Source of the DNA: a bacterium
GTDB lineage: Bacteria; Krumholzibacteriota; Krumholzibacteriia; LZORAL124-64-63
Reading direction: 5' to 3'
DNA: 64,000 nt
Assembly (NCBI GenBank): GCA_031441465.1
Contig: JANOEP010000016.1
Coordinates: forward strand, 129,301 to 193,300
The position numbers and the translations under genes are program-made. A model generated the notes under the pieces. It was not told where the DNA came from. It ran no database searches and saw nothing but the letters and a program-made list of their open reading frames with translations. Within the stretch, counting starts at the first letter, position 1; every line of letters begins with the position of its first letter. Below, one piece after another: positions 29,091-38,901 of the stretch.

Positions 29091-29912
29091 ATGGACGGCT
29101 TCCTGGAGATGATGGCGGCGCCGGTCGTGATGGCGCTGGTGCTGGTGGCGATGCACTCCCACCTCGGCCACCACGTGGTGCGGCGCGGCGTGATCTTCGT
29201 CGACATCGCCCTGGCCCAGGTCGCCGCCTTCGGGGTGGCGATCTCCCTGCTGCTGGGCGGGGAGATCGGCACCGACAGCACGTACGCCGTGGCCCTGGGC
29301 AGCACCTTCCTGGGCGCCCTGCTGATCTCGCGCACGCGCGGCAAATCGGAGCGCGTGCCGCAGGAGGCGTACATCGGGATCATCTACGCCGTCTGCAGCG
29401 CGGCGATGATCCTGGTGCTGACCCAGGTGCCGCACGGCGGGGAGGAGATCAACCACCTGCTGGTCGGGGCGATCCTCTGGGTCACCTGGCCGACCCTGCT
29501 GAAGACCGCCGCTCTCTACGCCGTCCTGGGCTTCCTGCTCTGGCGGTGGCGCGGGCCGCTGGACCGGATCTCCGCCGACGCCGAGGCGGCCCGGCGCGAG
29601 GGGCTGCCGCTGCGGCGCTGGGATTTCGCGTTCTACCTGATCCTGGGCACGGTCGTGACCTCCAGCGTGCAGATCGCGGGCGTGCTGCTGGTGTTCACGC
29701 TGCTGGTGGTGCCCACGGTCATGAGCGTGCGCCTGTTCGCCGACCACCGCCGCCACTTCGGCTACACGCTGGCGGTGGGTGTCGCGGCGGTGGTGCTCGG
29801 CGCCGCGCTGAGCTACGTGCTGGACCTGCCCACCGGCGCGGCCATCGTCTGCGTGTTCGGGCTGCTGCTGGGGCTGCAGGTCCTGCTGGAGTCCCTGCTG
29901 CGGCGCGGTTGA
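29091..29912 (+). CDS. Metal ABC transporter permease (ZnuB/ABC-3)
   Basis: HVVRRGVIFVDIALAQVAAFG, EAYIG, GVLLVFTLLVVP and DLPTGAAIV motifs. Confidence 0.9.
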   Translation: MDGFLEMMAAPVVMALVLVAMHSHLGHHVVRRGVIFVDIALAQVAAFGVAISLLLGGEIGTDSTYAVALGSTFLGALLISRTRGKSERVPQEAYIGIIYAVCSAAMILVLTQVPHGGEEINHLLVGAILWVTWPTLLKTAALYAVLGFLLWRWRGPLDRISADAEAARREGLPLRRWDFAFYLILGTVVTSSVQIAGVLLVFTLLVVPTVMSVRLFADHRRHFGYTLAVGVAAVVLGAALSYVLDLPTGAAIVCVFGLLLGLQVLLESLLRRG

Positions 29913-30027
29913 CGGCCGATTCCCGGTTGCCCCGCTCCTCCGCATGTCGCATTCTCGACACCGGCGCCGTTCCCCGCTGGGACGGCGCCGGCGCCCGTAC
30001 CGCCCCACGCCGATCCGGGAGAACACC

Positions 30028-33000
30028 ATGAAGAGAACGCTGTGGATCCTCGCCGCCGTCGCGCTGCTCACTGCGCCCGCCGCCGCGCCGGCGAAAGACA
30101 AGGAAGAGACGGACAAGAACCCCCTGAACGCCGACACCTTCGCGGGGCTCGGGCTGCGCCTGCTGGGGCCGGCCGTCTCTTCAGGGCGCGTGGGCGACTT
30201 CGCCGTCAACCCCGCCGACCCCGCCGAGTATTACGTGGCGGTCAGCAGCGGCGGCGTCTGGAAGACGGTCAACGCCGGCACCACCTACGAGCCGGTCTTC
30301 GACGGCGAGGGATCCTTCTCGATCGGCTGCGTGACCCTCGACCCGCGCGACCCGAAGATCGTCTGGGTGGGCACCGGCGAGAACAACAGCCAGCGCAGCG
30401 TCGCCTACGGTGACGGCGTCTACAAGTCGGTCGACGGCGGCAAGCACTGGTCGAACACCGGCTTGAAGGAGTCCGAGCACATCGGCATGATCGTCGTGGA
30501 CCCCCGCGACTCCGACGTGGTCTACGTCGCCGCCCAGGGCCCGCTGTGGCGTTCCGGCGGCGACCGGGGTCTCTACCGCACGGCCGACGGCGGCGCCACC
30601 TGGCTGAAGATCCTCGACATCTCGCCCGACACCGGCGTCAGCGAGTTGCGCCTGGACCCGCGCGACCCCGACGTGATGTACGCCGTCAGCTACCAGCGCC
30701 GCCGGCACATCTGGGTGCTGCTGGACGGCGGTCCCGAATCGGCGATCCACAAGAGCGTCGACGGCGGCAAGACCTGGCGCAAGCTGACGCACGGGTTGCC
30801 CGAGGGCGACCTCGGCCGCATCGGCATCACGGTGTCGCCCGTCCGGCCGGACCTGGTCTTCGCCATCGTGGAAGCGGCCGAGAAGGGCGGCTTCTACCGC
30901 AGCGACGACGCCGGTGAGAACTGGCGCCTGATGAGCGACTACGTCGCCACCAGCCCGCAGTACTACCAGGAGATCTTCGCCGATCCGCACGCCGCCGAGC
31001 GGGTGTACTCCCTGGACACCTACTTCCAGGTGACCGAGGACGGCGGCGCCAACTGGAAGCGCGTGCCGATCGAATTCAAGCACGTCGACGACCACGCCCT
31101 GTGGATCGACCCGGACGACGTCGACCACCTGCTGATCGGCTGCGACGGCGGGATCTACGAGACCTGGGACCGCGGCGCGACCTGGGACTACAAGGCCAAC
31201 CTGCCGGTCACGCAGTTCTACAAGGTGGCCGTCGACCAGGCCCTGCCCTTCTACAACGTCTACGGCGGGACCCAGGACAACAACACGCTCGGCGGCCCGT
31301 CGCGCACGTTCAACAACCACGGCCTGCGCAACAGCGACTGGTTCGTGACCCAGGGAGGCGACGGCTTCGAGCCGCAGGTCGACCCGACCGATCCCGCCGT
31401 CGTCTACAGCCAGTACCAGCACGGCGGCCTAGCCCGCTTCGACCGGCACAGCGGCGAGAGCCTGGACATCCAGCCCCAGCCCGCCTGGGGCGAGCCGGCC
31501 TACCGCTTCAACTGGAACTCCCCGCTGCTGATCAGCCCCCACGACCACCGCCGGCTCTACTTCGGCTGCCAGAAGCTGCTGCGCAGCGACGACCGCGGCG
31601 AGAGCTGGACGGAGATCAGCGGCGATCTCTCCCGTGGGATCGACCGCAACCGCCTCGAGGTGATGGGCAAGCTGTGGAGCGTGGACGCGGTGGCCAAGAA
31701 CCGCAGCACCTCGTTCTACGGCAGCCTGATCGGCCTGGACGAATCGGTGCTGCAGGAGGGGCTGATCTACGTCGGCACCGACGACGGTCTGGTGCAGGTC
31801 ACCCTCGACGGCGGCCGCACCTGGCAGCAGCGGGACGACTTCCCGGGCGTGCCCGAGATGGCCTTCGTGGAGGACATCGACGCGGACCGCCACCGCGTCG
31901 CGACCGTGTACGTCTGCCTCGACAACCACAAGAAGGGCGACTTCAAGCCCTACCTGCTGCGCAGCGACGACCACGGCCGGACCTGGCGCAGCATTGCCGG
32001 CGACCTGCCGGAGCGCGGCAGCGTCCACTGCTTCGTGCAGGACCACGTGAACCCGGACCTGCTGTTCTGCGGCACCGAGTTCGGCGTGTACTGCACGCTG
32101 GACGGCGGCGGACACTGGGTGCGCCTCAAGGGCGGCCTCCCGGTCATCTCGGTGCGCGACCTGGAGATCCAGCGGCGCGAGAACGACCTGGTCGTCGGCA
32201 CCTTCGGCCGCGGCATCTACGTTCTGGACGACTACTCGCCGCTGCGCGTCATCACCGGCGCCGCCCTGCAGGACGAGCCGGCCCTGCTGTTCCCGGTCAA
32301 GGACGCGCTGCTGTACAACGAGGCCTCGCCCCTGGGCGGCCGCCGCAAGGGCAGCCAGGGCGACAGCTTCTACCAGACCGACAACCCCCCGTTCGGCGCC
32401 GTCTTCACGCTCCACCTCAAGGAGAAGCTGTCCGGCCGCCGCGACCAGCGCCACGAGTGCGAGAAGGCCCTGGACGAGAAGAAGGAGCCGGTCCGCTACC
32501 CGAGCTGGGACGAACTGCGGGCCGAGGACCGCGAGGACGCCCCGGGCTACTTCCTGGCGATCTCCGACCTCGACGGCCGCGTGGTGCGCCGCGTCTCCGT
32601 GGCCAACAAGGCCGGCCTGCAGCGCGTGTCCTGGAACCTGCGGGACCCGTCGCTGCGCCCGGCCGGCAAGACGCCGAGCGAGGACGGCGGCCCGCTGGTG
32701 GCGCCCGGGCAGTACGTCGCGCAGTTGATGCGCAGGGTGGACGAGGTCGTGACGCCGCTGGCGGCGCCGCAGCGGTTCACGGTCAAGCCGCTCTCCCTCG
32801 CGTTGCTCGCGACGCGGGAGCCGACGGAGCTGCAGCGCTTCCAGCGCGGCGTCGCGGAGCTGCAGCGGGCCGTCCTGGGCGCGATCGAAAAAGTCGACGA
32901 GGTGCAAGAACGTATTGACCACGTCAAGCCGGCGTTGTTCAATACGTCCGAGGCGAGCGACGCCGACCTCGTGGCGTTGCGCGCGATCGAGACCCGGCTG

Positions 33001-33294
33001 GCGGACCTGCGCGTGATCCTGCAGGGCGACGACACGATCGCCTCGCGCAACGAACCCACGCCGCCGTCGCTGTCCGAGCGCATCGAGCGTGTCGCCTACG
33101 GGAGCTGGGAGTCCTCGTCGGCGCCGACCGGGACCCACCGCGAGACCTACCGCACGGTGGGCGAACGGTTCCCGCAGGTGCAGCTGGACCTGGCCGCGGT
33201 CGACGCGGACCTCGCCGAGTTCGAGAGGATGCTGGAGGCCATGGGTGCGCCGTGGACGCCGGGACGGAGCCCGGTGTGGAGGGCTGACAAGTAA
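30028..33294 (+). CDS. Secreted VPS10/sortilin-like BNR-repeat glycosyl hydrolase
   Basis: Signal peptide; GPAVSSGRV; repeated (S/T)xDGGxTW Asp-box motifs; GGTQDN; GTFGRG. Confidence 0.88.
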   Translation: MKRTLWILAAVALLTAPAAAPAKDKEETDKNPLNADTFAGLGLRLLGPAVSSGRVGDFAVNPADPAEYYVAVSSGGVWKTVNAGTTYEPVFDGEGSFSIGCVTLDPRDPKIVWVGTGENNSQRSVAYGDGVYKSVDGGKHWSNTGLKESEHIGMIVVDPRDSDVVYVAAQGPLWRSGGDRGLYRTADGGATWLKILDISPDTGVSELRLDPRDPDVMYAVSYQRRRHIWVLLDGGPESAIHKSVDGGKTWRKLTHGLPEGDLGRIGITVSPVRPDLVFAIVEAAEKGGFYRSDDAGENWRLMSDYVATSPQYYQEIFADPHAAERVYSLDTYFQVTEDGGANWKRVPIEFKHVDDHALWIDPDDVDHLLIGCDGGIYETWDRGATWDYKANLPVTQFYKVAVDQALPFYNVYGGTQDNNTLGGPSRTFNNHGLRNSDWFVTQGGDGFEPQVDPTDPAVVYSQYQHGGLARFDRHSGESLDIQPQPAWGEPAYRFNWNSPLLISPHDHRRLYFGCQKLLRSDDRGESWTEISGDLSRGIDRNRLEVMGKLWSVDAVAKNRSTSFYGSLIGLDESVLQEGLIYVGTDDGLVQVTLDGGRTWQQRDDFPGVPEMAFVEDIDADRHRVATVYVCLDNHKKGDFKPYLLRSDDHGRTWRSIAGDLPERGSVHCFVQDHVNPDLLFCGTEFGVYCTLDGGGHWVRLKGGLPVISVRDLEIQRRENDLVVGTFGRGIYVLDDYSPLRVITGAALQDEPALLFPVKDALLYNEASPLGGRRKGSQGDSFYQTDNPPFGAVFTLHLKEKLSGRRDQRHECEKALDEKKEPVRYPSWDELRAEDREDAPGYFLAISDLDGRVVRRVSVANKAGLQRVSWNLRDPSLRPAGKTPSEDGGPLVAPGQYVAQLMRRVDEVVTPLAAPQRFTVKPLSLALLATREPTELQRFQRGVAELQRAVLGAIEKVDEVQERIDHVKPALFNTSEASDADLVALRAIETRLADLRVILQGDDTIASRNEPTPPSLSERIERVAYGSWESSSAPTGTHRETYRTVGERFPQVQLDLAAVDADLAEFERMLEAMGAPWTPGRSPVWRADK

Positions 33295-33311
33295 GCCGCT
33301 ACCTTCCAGAC

Positions 33312-33354
33312 AGCCCCGCCGCGGTCAAGGACGACTGCGGCGGGGCTTCTTTTT
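33312..33354 (+). terminator. Intrinsic terminator
   Basis: agccccgccgcggtc / gactgcggcggggct stem followed by tcttttt. Confidence 0.8.
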
Positions 33355-33357
33355 GCG

Positions 33358-33840
33358 CTATTCCGTGGGCGGGACGATGACCGGGGGCAGGGCGGTCCCC
33401 TCCGGCACGAAGGCCAGCGAGACCGAGTTCACGCAGTGGCGGGTGTCCTTGGGCGTGAACTTCTCGCCCAGGAAGACGTGGCCCAGGTGGCCGCCGCAGT
33501 TGCGGCAGAGGATCTCGGTGCGGCGCCCGTCGCGGTCGGTCAGCCGCTGCACCGCGCCATCGATCTCGTCGTCGAAGCTGGGCCAGCCGCAGCCGGCGTC
33601 GAACTTGTCGCCCGAGCGGTACAGGGGCGCGTTGCAGCGCCGGCAGAGGTAGGTCCCCCGGCCTGAGAACTCCTCGAACTCGCCGCTGAAGGGGCGCTCG
33701 GTGCCCTTCTGCAGGATGACGCGCTGCTCGTCTGCGGTCAGGTCGTTGTACTTCACCGGCGGCTCCTCGGCGGGGGAAGTCGCGGCGGCGGCCGCGGCCA
33801 GCAACAACAGCGCCAGCACGGCGCCGATCTTCCAGTTCAT
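33358..33840 (-). CDS. msrB: Peptide methionine-R-sulfoxide reductase with signal peptide
   Basis: GTERPFSG, CxxC, GCGWPSF, RTEILC..GHLGHVF and RHCVNS motifs. Confidence 0.93.
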   Translation of the reverse strand: MNWKIGAVLALLLLAAAAAATSPAEEPPVKYNDLTADEQRVILQKGTERPFSGEFEEFSGRGTYLCRRCNAPLYRSGDKFDAGCGWPSFDDEIDGAVQRLTDRDGRRTEILCRNCGGHLGHVFLGEKFTPKDTRHCVNSVSLAFVPEGTALPPVIVPPTE

Positions 33841-33915
33841 GTCGCCCTCCCTGAGGGTGGTGTTTCCCACACCGATACACACGAATGGCTCGCGCCGCCG
33901 CGGCCACCCGGGGGC

Positions 33916-35343
33916 TCAGCCGCTCGCCGCCTCGCGCAGCAACCGCCAGGCCCGTGCGACGTGGCGATCCGCCGTCAGGGTGGCGCCCACGCTCAGGCGC
34001 AGGGTCAGCCGGTCGTCCAGCCGGGTGTGGGACAGGAAGATCCCGCCGTCCGCGTTGACCGCGTCCAGGAGGCGCCGGTTGGTCTCGTCGCCGCCGCGGT
34101 GCCGGAAGCAGACCAGGTTCAGCGGGGCCGGGGCGGCCAGCTCCCAGTCGGGATCGGCGTCCACCCAGCCGGCAAACTCCTGGGCCAGGCGCACGTGCTC
34201 GCGCACGTGGTGCCGCAGCCCCTCCACCCCGTACCAGCGGATCACGAACCACAGCTTCAGGGCGCGGAAGCGCCGGCCCAGCGGGATCTGCCAGTCCCGG
34301 TAGTCGACGACCCGGCCCGATTCGGTGGCCGCGTTGCGCAGGTACTCGGGCAGGATCGAGAGCGCGCGCACCAGGTCGGCGCGGTCGCGCACCCAGAAGC
34401 AGTCGCAGTCGAAGTTCGTGAACATCCACTTGTGCGGGTTGAAGCAGTAGCTGTCGGCGAACTCCAGGCCGTCCTGGATGCCGCGGAACTCCGGGCAGAG
34501 GGCGGCCGTGCCGGCGTGGGCGGCGTCCACGTGCAGCCAGAGGCCGTGCTCGCGGCAGACCGCGCCGATCGCGGCCAGGGGGTCCAGGGCGTGGCTCGAG
34601 GTCGTGCCCACCGTGGCGCAGGCGAAGGCGGGGCGCCGGCCGGCGGCGAGGTCCGCGCGGATCGCCGCGTCGAGGTCTGCGGGGCGCATCGCCATCAGGT
34701 CGTCGACCGCGATCCGGCGCAGGTTCGCGGCGCCCAGCCCCGCGACGCGCACCGCCTTCTCGACGCTGGAGTGCGTCTGGGTCGAGCAGTAGGCGGTCAG
34801 CGAGCCGTCGCCGCCCCGCTCGTCGACGGTGAAGCCGGTGGCCCGCTCGCGCGCCGCCAGCAGGGCGCACAGCGCCGCGCTCGAGGCCGAGTCCTGGATC
34901 ACGCCGCCGCCCGTGCCGCTCGACAGGAATTCCGCCGGCAGTCCCAGCATCCCGACGAGCCAATCCAGGACGTGGGTCTCCAGCTCGGTGCAGGCGGGGC
35001 TCGTGGACCACAGCATGCCCTGCACGCCGAGGCCGGCGGAGAGCAGTTCGCCCAGGACCGACGGGCCCGACGCGTTGGCCGGGAAGTAGCCGAACCAGCC
35101 GGGCGACTGCCAGTGGGTCGTGCCGGGCAGCACGATCCCCTCGACGTCGCGCATCAGGTCCGCGAAGGGTTCGCCGTCGCGCGGCGGCAGCGGCGGCAGG
35201 GCGGCGCGCACCTCGCCCGGGGCGGCGCGGCTCTGCACCGGCAGCGTCTCGAGGCGTTCCCAGTAGTCGGCGATCCAGTCCACCACCTCGCGGCCGTGGC
35301 GGCGGAACTCGTCGGGCGTCATGTGGCGGTCGTCGTGGCGCAT
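33916..35343 (-). CDS. PLP-dependent aromatic-L-amino-acid decarboxylase family
   Basis: THWQSP..GYFP, SPACTELE, LHVDAAHAG, FNPHKW (PLP lysine) and PLGRRFRALKLW motifs. Confidence 0.93.
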   Translation of the reverse strand: MRHDDRHMTPDEFRRHGREVVDWIADYWERLETLPVQSRAAPGEVRAALPPLPPRDGEPFADLMRDVEGIVLPGTTHWQSPGWFGYFPANASGPSVLGELLSAGLGVQGMLWSTSPACTELETHVLDWLVGMLGLPAEFLSSGTGGGVIQDSASSAALCALLAARERATGFTVDERGGDGSLTAYCSTQTHSSVEKAVRVAGLGAANLRRIAVDDLMAMRPADLDAAIRADLAAGRRPAFACATVGTTSSHALDPLAAIGAVCREHGLWLHVDAAHAGTAALCPEFRGIQDGLEFADSYCFNPHKWMFTNFDCDCFWVRDRADLVRALSILPEYLRNAATESGRVVDYRDWQIPLGRRFRALKLWFVIRWYGVEGLRHHVREHVRLAQEFAGWVDADPDWELAAPAPLNLVCFRHRGGDETNRRLLDAVNADGGIFLSHTRLDDRLTLRLSVGATLTADRHVARAWRLLREAASG

Positions 35344-35540
35344 GGTTGTCCTCGGCTGGGTTCCGGGTCGTGGCGGCGCCGAGCGGCCGCCGGGGTGCTC
35401 CGGATCGAGCGGAATATACCATGGAATCAACGGCGCGCTTCCCGCCCGGGCGCGAAACTCCTGCTGAAATTCCGCGCGAACTCGACTAGACTGCGCTTCG
35501 ACCACATCCTCGCCCGGATGGAGCCGTCGAGGGGGACGCG

Positions 35541-36266
35541 TTGAAGGAGCAGACCGCAGTCGCGGTGATCTGTGACAAACCCGTGCGCTACCGCGTGCGG
35601 CGCAGCGACCGTGCGCGCCGGTTGAGCCTGCAGGTCAGCCCGCGCAAGGGGCTCGAGGTCGTGCTGCCCCGACGCTGGAGCCTGGCCGAACTGGAGCGGG
35701 CGCTGCACGAGCACGCCCTCTGGATCGACGAGCAGGTCGAGCGGTTCGACGTCCGTCTCGGACCGCGGTCGCCGGAACTGAGCACCGGCAGCCTGGTGCT
35801 GGTGCTGGGTCGGCCGCGGGAACTGCGGGTCGAGGGAGTGGAGCCGGGTCGCCGCCGCGGGCGTGTCGTCGCCGAGAACGACCGGCTGCGCGTCCAGCTC
35901 ACGCCCGACGACCGCCTGGACCCGCGCCCCCTGCTCGAACGCTGGCTGCGCCGCCTCGCGCGCCTGCACATCGAGGCGCGGGTGCACGCTCTCGCCGCGG
36001 TCCACGGCCTGACCCCGAGCCGGATCATCATCGGAGAGCGGACGAGCCGCTGGGGCAGCTGTTCCCACAAGGGCAACCTGTCCTTCTGCTACCGCCTCGT
36101 GATGGCCCCGCACGAGGTGATCGACGCCGTCGTTTGCCACGAGCTGTGCCACCTGCGGCACCTCAATCACGGGCCGGGCTTCCGGAAGCTGCTGGCCGAG
36201 ATCTGCCCGGGCCACGACGAGAGCATGTCCTGGCTGCGGGACCACCACGACGACCTGCAGATCTGA
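35541..36266 (+). CDS. YgjP/DUF45-like metal-dependent hydrolase
   Basis: SRWGSCS and VVCHELCHLRHLNHG motifs; TTG start. Confidence 0.88.
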   Translation: MKEQTAVAVICDKPVRYRVRRSDRARRLSLQVSPRKGLEVVLPRRWSLAELERALHEHALWIDEQVERFDVRLGPRSPELSTGSLVLVLGRPRELRVEGVEPGRRRGRVVAENDRLRVQLTPDDRLDPRPLLERWLRRLARLHIEARVHALAAVHGLTPSRIIIGERTSRWGSCSHKGNLSFCYRLVMAPHEVIDAVVCHELCHLRHLNHGPGFRKLLAEICPGHDESMSWLRDHHDDLQI

Positions 36267-36273
36267 GGCCCCC

Positions 36274-36837
36274 ATGTCCGACCTCTACGAACGCGGCCGC
36301 GTGCTGGCCCTGCTGCACGAGTTCACCCTGACCGAGCCCCTGCGCCGCCACGCCTACGCCGTGGAGGCGGCCATGCGCGCGGCCGCCGTGCGCACCGGCG
36401 GCGATCCCGAGTACTGGGGCGCGGTCGGCCTGCTGCACGACTTCGACTACGAGCGCTTCCCCGAGCCGCCGGACCACCCGCTGCAGGGCGCCGCGATCCT
36501 GCGCGGCCTCGGCTACCCGGAACCCTTCGTGCGCGCGATCCTCTCGCACGCCTCCTACACGGGCGTGCCGCGCGAGGACGACTGCGCGCGCTGGCTCTTC
36601 GCCGTGGACGAGCTGTGCGGTTTCTGCATGGCCTGCGCGATGGTGCAGCCGGACCGCAAGATCGCCGCCGTGCAGGTCGCGTCGGTGCTGAAGAAGCTGA
36701 AGAAGAAGGATTTCGCGGCCAAGGTGAACCGCGAGGAGATCGCCGAGGGCGCGGCGGACCTGGGGCTGGAGCCGGCCGAGACGGCCGCGCACGTGCTCGG
36801 GGCGCTCGCGGGGATCGCCGACGAACTCGGGCTCTAG
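36274..36837 (+). CDS. HD-domain (HDIG) phosphohydrolase
   Basis: RRHAYAVEA, GLLHDFDYE, AVDELCG and KKKDFAAKVNRE motifs. Confidence 0.88.
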   Translation: MSDLYERGRVLALLHEFTLTEPLRRHAYAVEAAMRAAAVRTGGDPEYWGAVGLLHDFDYERFPEPPDHPLQGAAILRGLGYPEPFVRAILSHASYTGVPREDDCARWLFAVDELCGFCMACAMVQPDRKIAAVQVASVLKKLKKKDFAAKVNREEIAEGAADLGLEPAETAAHVLGALAGIADELGL

Positions 36838-36860
36838 GGCCGCGGGAAGGGAGCACGCGC

Positions 36861-37400
36861 ATGAAGTCGCTGGACCTGGGCTGCGGCCCGCGCGGCAAGC
36901 TGGCGGGATCCGTGGGCCTCGACCTGCGGCCGGCCCCGCACGTGGACGTCGTCCACGACCTGAACGACTACCCGCTGCCCTTCGCCGACGGCGAGTTCGA
37001 CCACATCGAGATGTCGCACGTGATCGAGCACGTGACCCGCCCCCTGGACCTCATGGCCGAGGTCCACCGCATCGCCCGCGACGGGGCCACGGTGCGCATC
37101 ATCACGCCGCACTACAGCTCGCAGCTCTCCTACGGCGACCTCGAGCACTTCCACCACCTGGGCTACATCACCTTCCTGACGCTGCAGGGCACCGGCCTGT
37201 TCACCATCGCCCGCCACAAGCTCTGGTTCACCGACCTCACCCGCTGGTGCGGCCTCGCCTGGCTCGCCAACCGCTTCCCGCGGCGCTGGGAGAAGTACCA
37301 CGCCTTCACGATGCCGGCGCTCTACGTGGAAGTCGTCCTGCGCGTGCAGAAGCCCGGCGGGCGGGCTAGTGCCGATCTCGTCCGGGATTACATGTACTGA
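36861..37400 (+). CDS. Class I SAM-dependent methyltransferase (type 11)
   Basis: LDLGCG, HDLNDYPLPF and SHVIEHV motifs. Confidence 0.85.
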   Translation: MKSLDLGCGPRGKLAGSVGLDLRPAPHVDVVHDLNDYPLPFADGEFDHIEMSHVIEHVTRPLDLMAEVHRIARDGATVRIITPHYSSQLSYGDLEHFHHLGYITFLTLQGTGLFTIARHKLWFTDLTRWCGLAWLANRFPRRWEKYHAFTMPALYVEVVLRVQKPGGRASADLVRDYMY

Positions 37401-37404
37401 ACGC

Positions 37405-37559
37405 CCGGACATGGATCGATGACATGGGCCGTGTCCTGCGGACGCGCGCCGGTCACCTCCTGTGACCGGCGCGCTCGACTTCCGGGTCCCTGCGCCCTCA
37501 TGGCGCAGGGACCCTCCAAACGCCGCAGGACACGGCCCATGTCGTCGATCCATGTCCGG
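37405..37559 (+). repeat. Structured two-hairpin repeat element, copy B
   Basis: 37-bp outer IR (37405-37441 / 37523-37559, one T-G pair) around hairpins with CTCCT and CTCAT loops; begins 4 bp after the methyltransferase stop. Confidence 0.85.
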
Positions 37560-37651
37560 CATCCGGCCCGGGCGCCAGTTCATTCAATCCCGGTCGAGAT
37601 GCGGCACGGCGCCTGCGCTTGCAGCGCTCATGTCCACCCAGTTGTCGTGCG

Positions 37652-37784
37652 CAAAATGAGGGGCCTGTTGCCGGGAGCGTCTGGAAGGCCGGAGCGCCAG
37701 GACGGCGCGTAGGCCTGAAAGCCGAGCGAGCCGGACACAGGATGTGTCCGGCTCGCGTCTCCCGGCAACAGGCCCCTTATTTTG
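37652..37784 (-). repeat. Structured two-hairpin repeat element, copy C
   Basis: 26-bp outer IR (37652-37677 / 37759-37784, 1 mismatch); minus-strand core with ATCCT and GTCCT loops; one arm contains the TAA of the epimerase gene. Confidence 0.8.
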
Positions 37785-38901
37785 ATCGTGCGTGCCAGGC
37801 GGCCAGCACCTCGGCTTCGCGTTCGGCCTGCAGCCCGCTGCGCAGCGCATCGGTGCGGTCCTGCGGCAGCGTCTTCCACCAGTCGAGCGTGTCGCGCACG
37901 GTCTCGGACAGCGGGCGCAGGACCATGCCGTCGGACAGGGCGCGGTCGACGCGGATGGTGCCGACGCCGGCCTCCTCGTAGGTCGGGATCCAGCAGGGCA
38001 GGTCGCTCCAGGCCTGCACCTGCTTCTCGGCCAGGAAGTCGCGGCCCACCCAGGTGAAGGTGGCGTCGGAGCCGGAGACGGAGCGGCTGGTCTCGAGCAA
38101 CTCGCCCATGGTCAGCTCGCCGGGGGGCGACACGGCGTTGTGCAGGCCGACGAGACGTTTCTCCAGGCCCAGAATCAGGAAGTCCGCCAGGTCGCGCACG
38201 TCGATGATCTGCACGGCCTCGGCGGGTGCTTCCGGAGCGAGGACCTCGCCGCCGCGGGCCACCCGCACGGGCCAGTAGGTGAAGCGGTCGCTGCCGTCCA
38301 ACGGTCCCACGATCAGGCCGGGGCGGACGTTCCAGACGCGGCCGGGCATGGCTTCGGCGGCTGCCTGCTCGCAGAGGGCCTTCAGCGGGCCGTAGGTCTC
38401 GGCCGTGATCTCCTCGACCGCCGGGTCGGCCAGGGTGCCGACGGCGGACTTCTCGTTCAACCCCACCTGGTTGAAGTCGGCGTAGACCGAGATCGTCGAG
38501 ATGAAGACGTAGTGCTGCACGTGGTCGCGCAGCAGTTCGGCGGACATCTTCACGATGCGCGGGACGTAGCCGCTGGTGTCGATGACGACGTCCCAGTCGC
38601 GGCCGTGCAGGGCGTCGAGCTTGCCGTCGCGGTCGCCTTCGAGCTTCTCCAGATCGGGGAAGAGCTGAGGGTTCGACTTGCCGCGGTTGAAGAGCGTCAC
38701 CTCGTGGCCGCGCGCCAGCGCGGCCTTGACGGTGTGGGGCCCCAGGAAGCGCGTGCCGCCCAGCATCAGGATGCGCAGACGGCGGTCGCTGCGCATTTTC
38801 GTGAAGGAGGCGTTCGCCGGCAGCGACGCCAGCGTTCCGGCTGCCACGAGCGCGCCGGCCGCCAGGGTGGTCCTCAGGAAATCGCGTCGGTCCATGCTCA
38901 T
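37777..38901 (-). CDS. Tat-exported NAD-dependent epimerase/dehydratase (atypical SDR)
   Basis: MDRRDFL twin-arginine signal; GGTRFLG, YGPLK and RPGLIVGP motifs. Confidence 0.88.
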   Translation of the reverse strand: MSMDRRDFLRTTLAAGALVAAGTLASLPANASFTKMRSDRRLRILMLGGTRFLGPHTVKAALARGHEVTLFNRGKSNPQLFPDLEKLEGDRDGKLDALHGRDWDVVIDTSGYVPRIVKMSAELLRDHVQHYVFISTISVYADFNQVGLNEKSAVGTLADPAVEEITAETYGPLKALCEQAAAEAMPGRVWNVRPGLIVGPLDGSDRFTYWPVRVARGGEVLAPEAPAEAVQIIDVRDLADFLILGLEKRLVGLHNAVSPPGELTMGELLETSRSVSGSDATFTWVGRDFLAEKQVQAWSDLPCWIPTYEEAGVGTIRVDRALSDGMVLRPLSETVRDTLDWWKTLPQDRTDALRSGLQAEREAEVLAAWHARSK

